This document shows, in pieces, positions 41,572 through 55,900 of a stretch of DNA of 64,000 nucleotides. The stretch is from the human T2T-CHM13v2.0 reference genome, Homo sapiens, in NCBI RefSeq assembly GCF_009914755.1, contig NC_060927.1; one strand, given 5' to 3'. Position 1 is the first letter of the stretch. Each line of letters starts with the position of its first letter. Position numbers and translations under genes: made by a program. The notes under the pieces were generated by a model. It had not been told where the DNA came from, made no database searches, and saw only the letters and a program-made list of their open reading frames with translations.

Positions 41572-42812
41572 ATTTTTTTTCTAATTCTGTGAAAAATTAT
41601 ATTGGTAATTCAATAAGAATAGTGTTGAATCTGTAGATTGTTTTGGGCAGTATGGCCATTTTAACAATATTGATTCTTCTAATCCACAAGCATGGAATGT
41701 TTCTCCATTTGTTTATGTCATCTGTGATTTCTTTCAGCAGTATTTTGTCATTCTCCTTATAGAAATCTTTTACCTCCTTGGTTGCATGTATTCCTAAGGT
41801 TTGTGTGTGTGTGTATATATTGTAAATGGGAGTGTGTTCTTGACTTGGCTCTCAGCTTGAACATTGGTGTATGGAAATGCTACTGATTTTTGTACATTGA
41901 TTCTGCATCCTGAAACTTTGCTGAAGTTGTTTGTCACCTCCAGAAGCCTTTTGGTAGAGTCCTTAGGGTTTTTTAAATATAAAATCATATTGTCTGTAAA
42001 GAGAGATAGTTTGACTTCTTTTTCTTTTTTGGATGACTTTATTTCTTTCTTTTGCCTAATTGCTTTGGCTAGCATTTCTAGTATTATGTTGAATAGGAGT
42101 AGTGGGAGTGGACATCCTTTTCTTGTTCCAGTTCTCAAAGGGAATGGTTCCAGCTTTTGCCTATTCAGTATGATGTTGGCTGTGGGCTTGTCCCAAAAAT
42201 AATAGGAGCTTGATGGCTCCTATTATTTTGAGGTGTGTCCCTTCAGTGCCTAGTCTGTTGAGGCTTTTTATCATGAAGGGATGTTGGATCTTATCAAAAG
42301 CTTTCTCTATGTCTATGGAGATGATCATATGGTTTTGTTTTTGATTCTGTTTATGTGGTGAACCAGTCTTGCATCCCAGAAATAAAGCCTACTTGATCGT
42401 GGTATATTAACTTTCTGATGTGCTGCTGGATTTAATTTGCTAAAATTTTGTTGAGGATTTTCACATCTATGTTGATTGGGAATATTGGCCTGTAGTTGTC
42501 TTTTTTCATTGTGTTTTGCCAGGTTTTGATATCAGGGTGATGCTGGCTTTGTAGAATGAGTTAGTGAGGAGTTCCTTCTCGTTGATTTTTTGAAATAGTT
42601 TCAGTAGAATTAGTACTAGCTCTTCTTTGTATATCTGGTAGAATTTGGCTGTGAATCCACCTGCCCTTGGCTTTTTTTTTTTTTTTTTTTTTTTGGTTGG
42701 TAGGTTCTTTTTTATGGATTCAATTTTGGAACCTGATATTGGTCTGTTCAGTTTTTCAATTTCTTCCTGATTCAATCTTGGGAGATTGTGTGGTCCCAGA
42801 AATTTACCTATT

Positions 42813-43156
42813 TGATATGGTTTGGCTGTGTTTCCACCCAAATCTCATCTTAAATTCCCACATGTTGTGGGAGAGACCCGAAGGCAGATAAATGAATCGT
42901 GGGGGCAAGTCTTTCCTGTGTTGTTCTCATGATAGTGAATAAGTCTCACGAGATCTGATGATTATATAAGGGGGAGTTTCCCTGCCCAAGCTGTCTTCTC
43001 TTGTCTGCCACTATATGAGATGTGTCTTTCACCTTCTGCCACGATTGTGAGGCCTCCGCAGCCACGTGGAACTGTAAATCCAGTAAACCTCTTTCTTATG
43101 TAAATTGCCCAGTCTCAAGTATGTCTTTATCAGCAGCAGAAAAACGGACTGATACA
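42813..43156 (+). mobile_element. THE1 (MaLR) solo LTR nested in the L1
   Basis: tgatatggtttggctgtg...aaaacggactgataca. TSD ctatt/ccatt. The L1 resumes on the far side. Confidence 0.92.
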
Positions 43157-46029
43157 CCATTTCTTCTACATTTTCTAGTTTGTGTATGTAGAGGTGTTCA
43201 TAACAGTCTCCAAGGATCTTTTGTATTTCTGTGGGATTGGTTATAACGTCACCTTTGTCATTTCTGATTGTGTGTATTTGGAGCTTTCTTTTTTTTTTTA
43301 ATCTAGCTAGTGATCTACTGATGTTGTTTATCCTTTCAAAAAACCAACTTTATTTCCATTGATTCTTTGTGTGGACTTTTATGTCTTAATTTTGTTTAGT
43401 TCTTTTCTGATTTTAGTTATTTCTTTTCTTCTGCTAGCTTTGTAGCTCATTTGTTCTTGTTTTTCTAGTTCCTAAGGTGTGAAATTAGATTGTTAATTTG
43501 AGATCTTTCTAACTTTTGAGGTAGGCATTTAGTGTTATAAACTTTATGCTTAACACTGGTTTTGCTGTATCCCAGAGACTTTGGTATGTTGTGTCTCTTT
43601 CATTTATTTCAAAGTTGTTTTTGATTTTTGCCTTGATTTAATTGTTTACTCAAACATCATTCAGAAGTCAATTGTTTAATTTCCATGTAATTGTGTGGTT
43701 TTGAGAGATCTTCTTGGTATTCATTTCTATTTTTATTCCACTGTTGTCCAAGAATATGGTTGGTATGATTTTGATTCTTTTGAATTGATTGAGACTTGCT
43801 TTATGGCTGAGCATGTGGTCAATCTTGGAATATTTTTTGTGTGCGGATGAGAATAATATACATTGTGGTTGATGGGTGGCGTATTCTGTAGATGTCTATT
43901 AGGTCCAAGTGTTGAGTTAAAGTCCAGAATTTCTTTGTTACTTTTCTGTCTCAATCTGTCTAATACTATCAGTGGGGAGTTAAAGTCCCTCACTAGTATT
44001 GTATGACTATCTAAGCCTTTTCATACACCTAGAAGTATGTGTTTTATGAACCTAGGTGCTCCAATATTGGGTGCATATAAATTTAGGATGATTAAGTCTT
44101 CTTTTTACATTGAACCCTTTATCATTACATAATGCATTTCTTTGTCTTTTTTACTGTTTCCTATTTAAAGTCTGTTTTATCTGATATAAAAATAGTGACC
44201 CCTGCTCTTTTTTGTTTTCCATTTGCATGGTAGATCTTTCTCCAGCCCTTTACTTTGAGCTCATTGGTGTCATTATGTGTGAGATGCGTTTCTTGAAGGA
44301 TAGGTCTTGTTTTTTAAATTCAACTTGCCCCTCTATGCCTTTTACGTGGGGGTGTTTACACCATTTACATTCAAGATTCATATCGATATGTAATTTTGAT
44401 CCTATTGTGAAGTTGTTAGCTGTGTATTGTGCAGTTTCTGTTGTGTTTTTGTTTTATATGGCCTGCAAGGTATGTACATGGGTGAGTTTTTGTGGTAGCA
44501 GTTGCCATTCTTTTCTTTCCTTGTTTAGAACTCTCTTAACAGTCTCTTGTAAGGATGGTCTCATGGTAATGAATTCCCTTAGCACTTTCTTGTCTGGAAA
44601 GTTAATTTTCCTTTGCTTATAAAGCTTAGTTTGGCAGGATATGAAATTCTTGGTTGGAATTTTCTTTCTTTCAGAAAGATGAATATAGATCCCCAGTCTC
44701 TCCTGGCTTGTAAGGTTTCTGGTGAGAAATCTGCTGTTAGCCTCATGGAGTTCCCATTGTATGTTATCTACCCTATTTCGCTGACTTTAAAATTTTTTCT
44801 TTGGCACTGACCCTGGACAGTCTGGTGACTATATGTGTTGGGGACGTTCATTTTGTATATTGTCTCTAGGTTTTTGTATCTGGATGTCTACATCTCTAGC
44901 AAGATTAAAGAAGTTTTCTTGAATTATTTCCTGAAATATATTCTATAGGTTGTTTGACTTTTCTCCTTCTCTAGGGAATGCCAATAATTCATAAGTTTGA
45001 TTTCTTTATATAATCCCATATTTCTCAAAGACTTTGCTCATTTTTAAAATTCTTTTAAACTTTATTTCAGGCAGACAGGGTTAGTTCAAAAGAGTGGTCT
45101 TCAAGCTCTGAAATTCATTTTTCTCTTTGGTTTAGTCTATTGATAACATTTTCAATTGTATTTTCAATTTTTTTAGGTGAGTTTTCCAATTCCAGAAGCC
45201 CTGATTGATTTCTTTTTAAGGTGTTTATCTCTTCTTTCATTTCCTGGATTGTTTTAAGGTTTCTTTGTGTTGATTTCCAGCTTCATCTTGGATCTCATTA
45301 AGCTTCCTTATAATCCATGCTTTGACTTCCTTATCTGTATCTCTGAGTTTACATTTTGGTTAGGGACCATTGCTGGAGAGCTAGTGAAATCCTTTAGTGG
45401 TGTTACTACATTTAGATTTTTCATGGTGCCAGAATTCTTGCATGGGTTCCTTCTCATCTGGAGACACTGGCACTTCTAATTTTTGTAATTCTTTTCATGT
45501 GAGTAGAATTTTCCTTTTTCCCTTTAATAATATTATTATTTGTTTATATTTTATTTTTTCCCTTCCCTTTTCCCCCACTCCCTAGGGGGTATGACCATAG
45601 AGAATGCTGTTTTGGCTTTGCTACTGTAGCTCTATGTCTTAATAAAACTTTTGGCAGGTTTTATATTGGGCTGTGCAGTTCATCGTACAAGCCTGTAGAT
45701 GGTACTTACAGTAAGAGCTGGCTGTAGCCAATGTGTTTAGGTATATACTTGACCCGTGTTTACTGGCAGAAACTATTGTTTTAGGCAATGGGCTAATTCC
45801 TAATATGCACAGTGGTCTGAGCTCCCTGCTCAGCCTTGAGGGGATGGGGAGTAGGAGCCAAAAAGGGTGTGTCTTGACTGGGCAGGTCTGTCTGCAGGTC
45901 TCTTGATAGCAGGCACAAGCACCAGTGCCAATAGAGAATCCAGTGAGTGTCCACCAGGTACTCACTGGTGTGCCTGGGCATGGAGTTGGGAAACCTTGGC
46001 TCTGAGTTCTCTGCACAGGGATGGGGGCA

Positions 46030-47015
46030 GCCTAAGCTCCTAATCTAGAAGAGTGGGTGCTTCAGATGCCTGAGATCTGCTTGTGTGTGGAGCAGAGATG
46101 GCCCCCCTGCACCAAGATCTCTGCACAGGAGGGGTAGGGTGACTCAGGCTGCTGGCCCAAGGAAGCAGGTGCTCTGAATGCTTGGAGATCTGTGTGAGCG
46201 TGGAGCAGAGAAGGTCCCCCTGTACCAAAATCTCTGCACAGGAAGTGGGGGGAGCAGTTGGGTCAGGCTGCTGATCCAGTGAGTGCATAGTCTGAATGCC
46301 TGGAGATCTGCCTGGTCATGGAGCAGAGAGTCCCACTGCTTCATGATTCTGGAAGGGTGGGGTGGCTCAGGCTGTTGAAACAGGTCAGTGGGTACTCTGA
46401 ATGCCGGTGATCTGCCTGGGCATGAAGCAGAGAGAGAGTTCCCACACACCAGGATCTCTGCACAGAAAGGATGGGGTGGGTCAGGCTGCTGATCCAGTGA
46501 GTGAGTAATCCAAATGCCTGGAGATCTGCCTAAGTGTGGAGTAGAGAGAGCCCTGCTATACCATGATCTATGTGCAGAAAGGATGGGGTGGCTCAGGCTC
46601 TTGAACCAGGCAAATGGGTGCCCCAAATGTCTGGAGATCTCCCTGGGCTTGGAGCAGAGAGAGCCCTGCTGCACCACAATCTATGTCTAGGGAGGATGGC
46701 ATAGCTTAGGCTGCTGAACCAGGTGAATGGGTATTCCAAATGCCTGGAGGTCTGCCTGGGTGTGGAACAGAGAGCCCCACTGTACCATGATCTATGTCCA
46801 GAAAGGGTTGCATGGCTCAAGCTGCTGAACAAGGCAAATGGGTGCTCTGAACACCTGAGATCTGCCTGGGTGGGGAGCAGAGGGAGCCCCACTGCACCAT
46901 GATCTGTGTCCAGGAAGGGTGGGATGGCTTAGGGTGCTGAACAGGGTGAATGAGTGCTCCACATACCTGCATTTCTACCTGGAGGTTGAGCAGAAAGGGC
47001 CCCACTGCACCACAA
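46030..47015 (-). repeat. Tandem array of ~8-9 diverged ~112-bp units in the L1 5'UTR
   Basis: GAGATCTG-like anchor recurs near 46073, 46185, 46303, 46408, 46521, 46634, 46746 and 46857. Confidence 0.9.
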
Positions 47016-47817
47016 TCTCAGGGGAGCAGGGTAAGGCACTCAGCAATGGCACATACAGATAAGTTTGTGGTTGCCAAGCTGGCCCTGGCTGCAAGTCTCA
47101 CTACCCAGAAGAAATTACAGCTGTAGCAGTTTTCCTCCTACCCCAGACTTGCAATGGGAAAAAGCACAATTCTAGCACCTACTGTTGAGGCACTTCCCAC
47201 AATTCTGGCAGTGAAGGCTCCTACCCTGCTCCAGAACAGGGTGTTCAATCTCTGGCCTGAGACTAAAATGCCTGTATAGCCATGCTGCTGAGTCACCCAA
47301 AAATGACTGACTTTTTATGTGACCGGATTAAAAATGGCATCCTGCTCTCATCCCAGGTCTGGGAAAATGTCTACAGCTTTCTCCAGTGCCTTTCTCCTAA
47401 GTTAACTCGAGGGCTAGGGGAGAAACAAAGTGGTCTCTCTTGGCCTGGGTTGCATGGCTCTCCAGTAGAAAGATGAGTCACAAAGGGAAGCTCTCTACTT
47501 CTCTCATATACTGGGGCTTCACTCACTTTTATGAGGTAGATACTGTCATGGGAGTGCTGTTTGCCACTGTTCTTCTCTCTGGGATCTGGGGTGTCCCTCA
47601 TGATTCCAGTGGGATTCCCATCTTCCTTCTTGAATTGTAGCTCACGGAGATAATTTTTATGCACTATCTTGCTACTTCAAAGTGGCTGAGGCACATTGAA
47701 AGCCTCTAATCCGCCATTAAATTCATCTTGCAAATACTTTTTTATAGGGTATTTTAAGCTTTTAAATCTACTTTTAAATATGGCCATATTTTAAAATATG
47801 GAGGTGGCATGGAAGAA

Positions 47818-47921
47818 ATATATATATATATAAAATATATATATAAAAATACATATATATATATAAATACATATACATATATATATATATAAATACATAT
47901 ACATATATATATATATATATA
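47818..47921. repeat. (TA)n-rich microsatellite grown from an Alu tail
   Basis: Read directly. Abuts the Alu poly-T. Confidence 0.93.
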
Positions 47922-48213
<292 letters not shown>

Positions 48214-48934
48214 TGAAGAATTACATTTTTAAAATGGAGATAAACCTATTTATCTGATGGCTTTTATTTTTTAACTTAGTGATATGATTTATGTAACATA
48301 AAATCATATAAAGCATACACACACAAATATTTCCCCATAGATACATTTTGAACAGTTAACTGTCGGACTGTCCTCCTCATTGTTCCCCAAAGGTCTTGCT
48401 TTCTTTTATCCTCTCTTGTGAATATCCTCTTCCTTTCTTTACAAAGACTTTGCTCATTCTCACAGCCAGCCATTTCTCTCTTGAATTCCTTTAACTTCAG
48501 CTGGTGTTATCCACAGTGTATCTTTTATGGTAGTTTAATTGCCTTCTGGTAGGTTTTGTCTTCTTAACTAGAACATAAACACTTGAGAAGTGAAGTCATA
48601 ACTTATCTTTTTATATCTTCCAACAGTACATGGTAGCCTGAAAAATAACCTGCTAAATTGAGAGCAGCCAGTGTTGCATGTGAGATTAAGTGGCAGTATA
48701 TAGAGAGGAAACCAGAATATTATGAAGTTTTCAGAAATCTAGATAAAGGAGTATTATTTTGAAGTTAATTCTCTAAATTACAACTTAGAAACACTGTAAT
48801 TAGAAGAATCATCTGACTAGTGGAAAGAGCTATAATTCACACTATCACATAAAGGGCAAGTAACTTTGGCTTCAGTCTGTATCTCCAGGGACAGATGTGC
48901 TCCTGATCCTGTTGAGGAAACCAGAGTGGCTTAC

Positions 48935-49041
48935 CTGACTTTCCTTAGGTTTATTCTAGGGGACTCCTTACAGTTGAACTTTGTCCCCAGCAGGGAGCAA
49001 GGCTGGGGACTCCTGGCAGTGGCGGCACTGTGTGCTCCATC
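48935..49041 (-). CDS. SLC9C1: SLC9C1 penultimate exon: DGAHSAATARSPQPCSLLGTKFNCKESPRINLRKV
   Basis: Acceptor atcccag|GAT, donor CAG|GTAAGC, 107 nt. Matches the recalled SLC9C1 C-terminus. Confidence 0.9.
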
Positions 49042-49086
49042 CTGGGATTCAAAACACTTTGTTACTTGATGTCATGATAGGCCTTT

Positions 49087-50078
49087 TGAAGGGGGCCTGC
49101 CCCTCCACACCTGTGGGTATTTCTCGCAAGGTGGAGATGAGAGACTGAGAAAAGAAATAAGACACAGAGAAAAAGTATAGAGGAAGAAAAGTGGGCCCAG
49201 GGGACCTGCACTCAGCATAGGGAAGACCCGCACCGGCACTGGTCTCTGAGTTCCCTCAGTATTTATTGATCACTATCTCTACCATCTCGGAGAGGGGGAT
49301 GTGGCAGGACTATAGGGTAATGGTGGGTAAAGGATCAGCAGGAAAACATGTGAGCAAAGGACTTTGTGTCATAAGTAAGTTTAAGGAAAGGTGCTGTGCC
49401 TCGATGTGCATGTAGGCCAGATTTATGTTTGACTTTACACAAACATCTCGGTGCAGTAAAGAGCAGTATTGCTGCCAGCATGTCTCACCTCCAGCCATGA
49501 GGCGATTTTCTCCTATCTCAGAAAATAGAATGTATGATCGGGTTTTACACCGAGACATTCCATTCCCAGGGACGAGCAGGAGACAGATGCCTTCCTCTGA
49601 TCTCAACTGCAAAGAGGCCTTCCTCTTTCACTAATCCTCCTCAGCACAGACCCTGTATTGGTGTCAGGCTGGGGGACAGTCAGGTCTTTCCCTTCCCATG
49701 AGGCCATATCTCAGGCTGTCTCAGTGGGGAGAAACCTTGGACAATACCCAGGCTTTCTTGGGTAGAGGTCTCTGCGGCTTTCCACAGTGCATTGTGTCCC
49801 TGGGTACTCGAGACTGGAGAATGGCGATGACTTTTACCAAGCATACTGCCTGCAAACACATTTTTAACAAAGCACATCCTGCACAGCCCTAAATCCATTT
49901 AACCTTGAGTCAATACAGCACGTGTTTTTGCAAGCACAGGGTTGGGGCCAGGGTTACAGATTAGCAGCATCTCAAGGCAGAAGAATTTTTCTTAGTACAG
50001 ATCAAAATGGAGTTTCTTATGTCTTCCTTTTTCTAGATAGACACAATAACAGTCTGATCTATCTTTCTTTCCCCCACA
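49087..50078 (-). mobile_element. HERV-K(HML-2) solo LTR5 (LTR5A/B-like), 992 bp, TSD CCTTT
   Basis: On the - strand it begins TGTGGGGGAAAGAAAGATAGATCAGACTG and ends GGTGTGGAGGGGCAGGCCCCCTTCA. CCTTT at 49082-49086 and 50079-50083. Confidence 0.93.
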
Positions 50079-52074
50079 CCTTTGGTGGACTTTTTATTAT
50101 GTAAAGGGAAAGCCACAGTCCTGGGATGGTAATGATGAGGAAAGGGTTTAGGATCCTGGGAAGAGAACTGACTCTAACACAGCCAGGATCTAACTGCAGG
50201 GAGAAGAAGCATCTACTAAACAACACAATTTGATGATTTTCTTTATATGTCTTAATAGCTAACATTCCTGTCATTTAACAAACTTTCATTTTCACACTCC
50301 TGCTTCATTAACAACCACCATGCCATCATTCTTTTTTTAATTGATGGAAAAGCAGCACTGTTTGAGGCTAGGTACATGAAAAACATTAGCTTTCCTTCTT
50401 CAATCCCTCCAAATATGCTATTAAGGCAGCATTGTTAAAAAAAAAAAAAGATGGTCTTGTCAGTGGGCTCTAGAAGTCATCTAATATTTTATTTTAAATG
50501 TCCTCCTCATCTATTTTTCTATTGTTATTTCCCTTTGTTATTCCCTAGCCTTCAGGAGCAGCTGTGTTTGGAAGAATTAGAATAGGTGCATGTATCCATG
50601 TTTTTTAGAGAATATGAGAAGAGTCAAAGACGTTTGGAGAAATAGTTTCCTGTATTAAGAAAGGGTGAGCCAAGAATAATGGAAACTGTGTAGGAATTGC
50701 TGGTTTGTGCCAAGGACTGTGCAGTGTACTTTTCATTTCTTTGATCTCTACAGAGGTGGGTATTGCTATTATCACTCTTTTATAGATGAAAAAATGATGC
50801 TTATGTAGGTTAAAAAATTTGCCGAAGGTCACGTGGCTATTAAGTGGTAGAATCTGAGTCAATTCCAGAAAGTCTCATACCAGAGCCCAGATTCTTGGCC
50901 CTTATGCTATTCTGCCATGAATTCCATTCAACAGGCAATAAATAGGAAAGGTTTGAGGAAACTTTTTCCCAAGAAGTCTCCAAAATCCTTTTGGGAGACA
51001 GTGAACATCCTTCTTTCATGAGGGATGGACACTTGGGTACTGGAGAACAGTGTTGTCCTCTTAAAAGCCAGGGCACTTGGATGAGGAACATCTTCAACTT
51101 ATCACAGAACTTATGATCATCTTTTATTCAACATATATTTGTGAGGAGATGTTGGGGACAAAAGGAGTGTCTGTTCTCAGAGGTTTATGTCTAGTGCTAA
51201 TAGAACAAATAGGCTTAATGGATGTAAAATATGTATTTAACAACTAAATATACAATTTTATGGCTTGTGTATTCATAGCAGACATTTATCAGATTCTGAG
51301 TATTATAATCAGCATCTTCTGGAGCAATATAAACAACTTGGCAGAGACTAAAACTAAAAATGAACTCTCCATTCCATCTGGAGTCCATACGATTCAGACA
51401 CAGGTAGGATGATGTAGATTTGGTGGGGTATTTTCATTATATTTCTCTCTGCTCAGTTTCAGTTCCAGAGTCCTATAGTGTTTCACAGCTTGGAATCCTA
51501 TTGTGAAGTTGGCTCAAGATTTTGAGGATCTCAAGATCCCCAGGGTCATAGAGGAATATGAAATTGATCAATATTTGTGGGACTTTCTGAATAATTTAGG
51601 TTAGCCGGGATATATTTTATTAGAGCATTTATTATTGAGCTCCTTCTTTCTGTCATGCACTGTAAACACAGGGCAAACTGCTTTCAGGCTTAAAGATCCC
51701 AAATGCATAGCTGAGGTAGCACTGAAAGAATTAAGGGTCAGTCCAGATTTTGGCATTCCAAGGGGGAGTGGAAAGGGCTTGGGTGTGCTACAACCGTAGC
51801 CATCCTGGTAGTGCCTGGTTGCTAATGTGATTCAAGACAGATCTTCTGGCATCCCTTGAACTTCGTTTTTCTTTGTCATTTCTCTAATATTTCCCTAAAA
51901 ATAAGTATAATTTCCACTGTACCCAGTGCTAAAATAAGTGTTTTACACCAAAATCTACAAAATGACTAGCAGATGAACTTTTTCAGAATAAGAGAAACAC
52001 ATTGGTAGTTTCCATAAATTCTAGACTCTCTTTTACCCAAAATACAACTTTTAGAAAGGCTGCTTTAAATTTAC

Positions 52075-52127
52075 CTCCTTAACATTTCTTTCTTCTTGAA
52101 TGCCTTCTTCCAATGTTCCAACTGAAC
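52075..52127 (-). CDS. SLC9C1: SLC9C1 (sperm Na+/H+ exchanger) third-last coding exon: (G)SVGTLEEGIQEERNVKE
   Basis: Acceptor T-rich...aatcag|GT, donor GAG|GTAAAT, 53 nt. In frame with the next exon. Confidence 0.88.
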
Positions 52128-52399
52128 CTGATTAAAAAAAAAAAAAACAGTGTTAATTCAACCACTGAAGCAAGTGACTATTTCTATTAGTCCAACTATC
52201 AGATTAGATCAGATTCAAATCACACTCAGGACCTGTGATCTGAAATTGGTGGTAATCTCATTTGGTTAAAAAAAAGGGTCACATTTAAAAAAGTGATTAT
52301 AAGTCTTTTATTATGGAGATGATATAATAAATGTGCAAAAAGTTTGGAAAGTAGAGCTACAAAATCATCTATCATTCCAATATCCCAAAATACTTTTAT

Positions 52400-52900
52400 A
52401 TTAATATGTATTGAGGGCCAGGCATGTTGCTAGCAATGAGGATACATAAGAAAGCAAAAGAATTAAGATCCATGTCTTCTAGGAGTTTTAAGTTAGTAAA
52501 ACAGACAGACTAGCAAACATACAAAGAAATATGACGTGGTAAAAACAGGACTGTGTGTATGTTGGGCTATTGGAGCATGCAGGAGAGTCACATAGCGCAG
52601 TTTTGTGAATTTGGGATGTATCAGTGATGGCTGCTTGGAGAAAAAGCTGAGATTTCAAGGATAAGGAGTTAGCTCCATGAAATGAGGAGATGTGGGGAAG
52701 AGGATGTATAGAGAATTTCAGGAAAAATGAACAATATGGGGAAACGCTCAGGAATGGGAGGCCACCAGGTCTTTTATATCAGGTGAACCATTTGTAGTTT
52801 GGTATGGCTAGGTTTTAAAGTGTGGGGAGAGGAGGTAGCAGGTGAAAGAGCAGACGGTGAAGGGCCCAAAACCATGCCCTGTATATGCTTAATCATTTTT
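52400..52900 (-). mobile_element. Degenerate L2
   Basis: tattgagggccaggcatgttgctag...aggagtttta motifs. Confidence 0.55.
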
Positions 52901-52919
52901 AAAAGCAGAGAATCAAGGT

Positions 52920-55900
52920 ATTTTATTTTAATTTTTTTGACAATTTAAATATTTTATTGATATATATTAGCTGTACATATTTTGGGGGTACATATAATAT
53001 TTTGATGCCTGTATACAGTGGGTAAAGATCAAATCAGAATAATTGGGATAACCATCACCTCAAACATTTATCTTTTTTTTTGTGTTGGGAAGATTACAAT
53101 TCTTCTCTTCTGGCTATTTGGAAATATACAATATTTTTTTAACTATGATTACCGTACTATTGAATACTAGAACTTTTCCCCTCTAACTGTATTTTTGTGT
53201 ACCCCTTAGTCAACTATTCTTCATCATCTCCTTTCCCTTTCCTTCTCAGTCTTTGATAACTATCATGGTACTCTATACTTCTATGAGATCCACTTTTTTA
53301 GTGCCCACATATGAATGAGAACATGTCGCATTTGTCTTTCTGTGCCTGGATTATTTAGCTTAAGATAATGACCTCTAGTTTCAAACACATTGCAGCAAAT
53401 GAGAGAATTTTATTGTTTTTTTAATGGCTAGATAATATTCCATTGTGTATATACACACATACACACATATACACACTGCATTTTCTTTATCCATTTGTTG
53501 ATGAACACTTATGTTGATTTCATATCTTGGGTGTTATGAACAGTGCTGCAATAAACATGGGAGTGAAGACATCGCTTCAACATACTGATTTTATTTCTTT
53601 TGAATATATACCCAGCAGTGGGATTGCTAGATCATATGGTAATTCTCGTTTTAGTTTATTTTTTTTTAAAGAAACACTGTACAGTTTTCCATAATGGCTG
53701 TACTACTTTACATCTCCACCAATAGTGTACAGGTGTTCCCCTTTCTTGGTGTATTTGCCAGTATTTTAAATTTTTTGTCTTTTTGACAGTAGTCATTCTA
53801 ACTAAGGTGAAATGATATCTCATTGTGGTTTTGATTTGCATTTCTCTATTTTTAGTGAAGTTGAGCATTTTTTCGTCTATCTGTTGGTCATTTGCATGTC
53901 TTCTTTTGATAAATGTCTCTTCAGATCTTTTGTGTATTTAAAAATCAAGTACTTGTGTTTTTGCTATTGAATTATGTTCCTTATATATTCTGGTTATTAA
54001 TACCATGTCAGATGAATAGTTTGCAAATATTTTCTGTTATTCTGTAGGTTGTCTCTTCACTTTGTAGACTGTTTCCTTTGTTGTGCAGAAGCTTTTTAGC
54101 TTGATATAATCCCACTTGTTTATTTTGGCTTTGGTTGTCTGTTCTTTTGTGGCCTTAGGCAAAAAAATATTCAGGCCAATGTCCTATAGCATTTTCCCAA
54201 CTTTTTTTTTGTAGTTTTACAGTTTTAGGTCTTAAATTTAAGTTTCTAATCCATTTTGAGTTGTTTTTTTCTATATGGTAATAGATGGGAAACTTGTTTC
54301 ATTCTTCTGCATATGGATGTCCAGTTTTTCTAGCACCAATTATTAAAGAGACTGTCCTTTCCCCAATGTATGTTCTTGGTGCTTTTGTTGAAAACGAGTT
54401 GGCTATCAGTGCATGGATTTATTTCTGGGTTCTTTATTCTGCTCCATTGATCTATGTGTCTGTTTTTATGCCAGCACCATGCTATTTTGGTAATTGTAGC
54501 TTTGTAGTATAGTTTGAAATCGGGTAATGTGATGCCTCTGGTTTTGTTCTTTTTGCTCAAGACTGCTGTGGCTATTCAGGGTCTTTTGTGGTTCCCTATG
54601 GATTTTAGGATTTTTTTTCTATGTCTGTGGAGAATGCTTGTTGGTATTTTGATAGGCCTTGCATTGGATTTATAGATTGCTTTGGGTAGTATAGACCACT
54701 TTAACAACATTAATTATTCCAATCTATGAACATGGAATATCTTTTAATTTTTTGTGTGCCTTCTTTGATTTCTTTCAACAGTGTTTTATAGTTTTTCTTG
54801 TAGAGATCTTTCACTTCTTAAGTTAAATTTATTCCTAGGTATTTTTTTTTTGTAGCTATTGTAAATAGGATTGCTTTCTTCATTTCTTTTTCAGACTGAT
54901 CACTGTTAGCCTATATAAATGCTACTGACTTTTTGTATGTTGATTTTGTATCCTGCAACTTTGCTGGATTTATCAGTTTTAAGAGTTTTTGGTGTGGAGT
55001 CCTTAGGTTTTTCTAAGTATGCTATTATGTCATCTGCAAACGAGAATACTTTGACTTCTTCCTTTCCAAGTTGGATGCCTTTATTTTTTTCCCTCGCCTA
55101 ATTGCTCTGGCTTGGACCACAAGTACTATGTTGAATAGTGATAAAAGTGGACATCCTTGTTTTGCTCCAGATCTTAGTGGAAAAGCTTTTTAAAATTCTT
55201 TCCTCTTTAATATGTTATTAGTTGAGGGTTTGCCACATATGTCACATTTATTGTGTTGAGGTATGTTCCTTCTATATTCAATTTGTTGATGATTTTTATT
55301 ATGAAAGGATGTTGAATTTTATTGAATACTTATTCTGCATTTACTGAAATGATCATAGGGTTTTCATCCTTGATTCTGTTGATGTAATACATCACATTTA
55401 TTGATTTGCATATGTTGAACCATCTTTGCATCCTTGAGATGAATCCCACTTGAACATGATGAATGACCTTTTTAATGTATTGTTGAATTTGGTTTGCTAG
55501 TATTTTGTTGAGGATTTTTGCATCTCTGTTGATCAAGGATATTGGCCTATAGTTTTCTATTTTTCCTGTGTCCTTGTCTGCTTTTGGTATCAGGATGATG
55601 CTGGCCTAGTAGAATAAATTTAAAAGTATTTCTTTCTCTTCAATTTTTTGAAATAGTTTAAGTAGAATTGATATTAGTTATTATTTAAATATTCATTACA
55701 ATTCAGTAGTGAACCCATTAGATCCTGGGTTTTCTTTAATGGGAGACTTTTTATTATGGCTTTGATCTTGTTATGTGTTATGGGTCTGTACAGGTGTTCT
55801 ATTTCTTCATGTTTCAATTTTGATAGGTTGTATGTGTCCAGGAATTTATCCATTTCTTCTAGGTTTTCCAATTTGTTCGTGTATAATTTTTCATAGTAGT

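Noticed and set aside
46030-47015. Regular repeats as a CRISPR-like array or a repeat-protein gene (ORF 46144..46677)
   Set aside because: The units are contiguous and diverged with no unique spacers, and they lie inside an L1 5'UTR in primate DNA.
48276-48473. ORF as an extra SLC9C1 exon
   Set aside because: The exons at 48935-49041 and 38384-38393 already join in frame to give the recalled C-terminus, and I see no convincing splice pair here.
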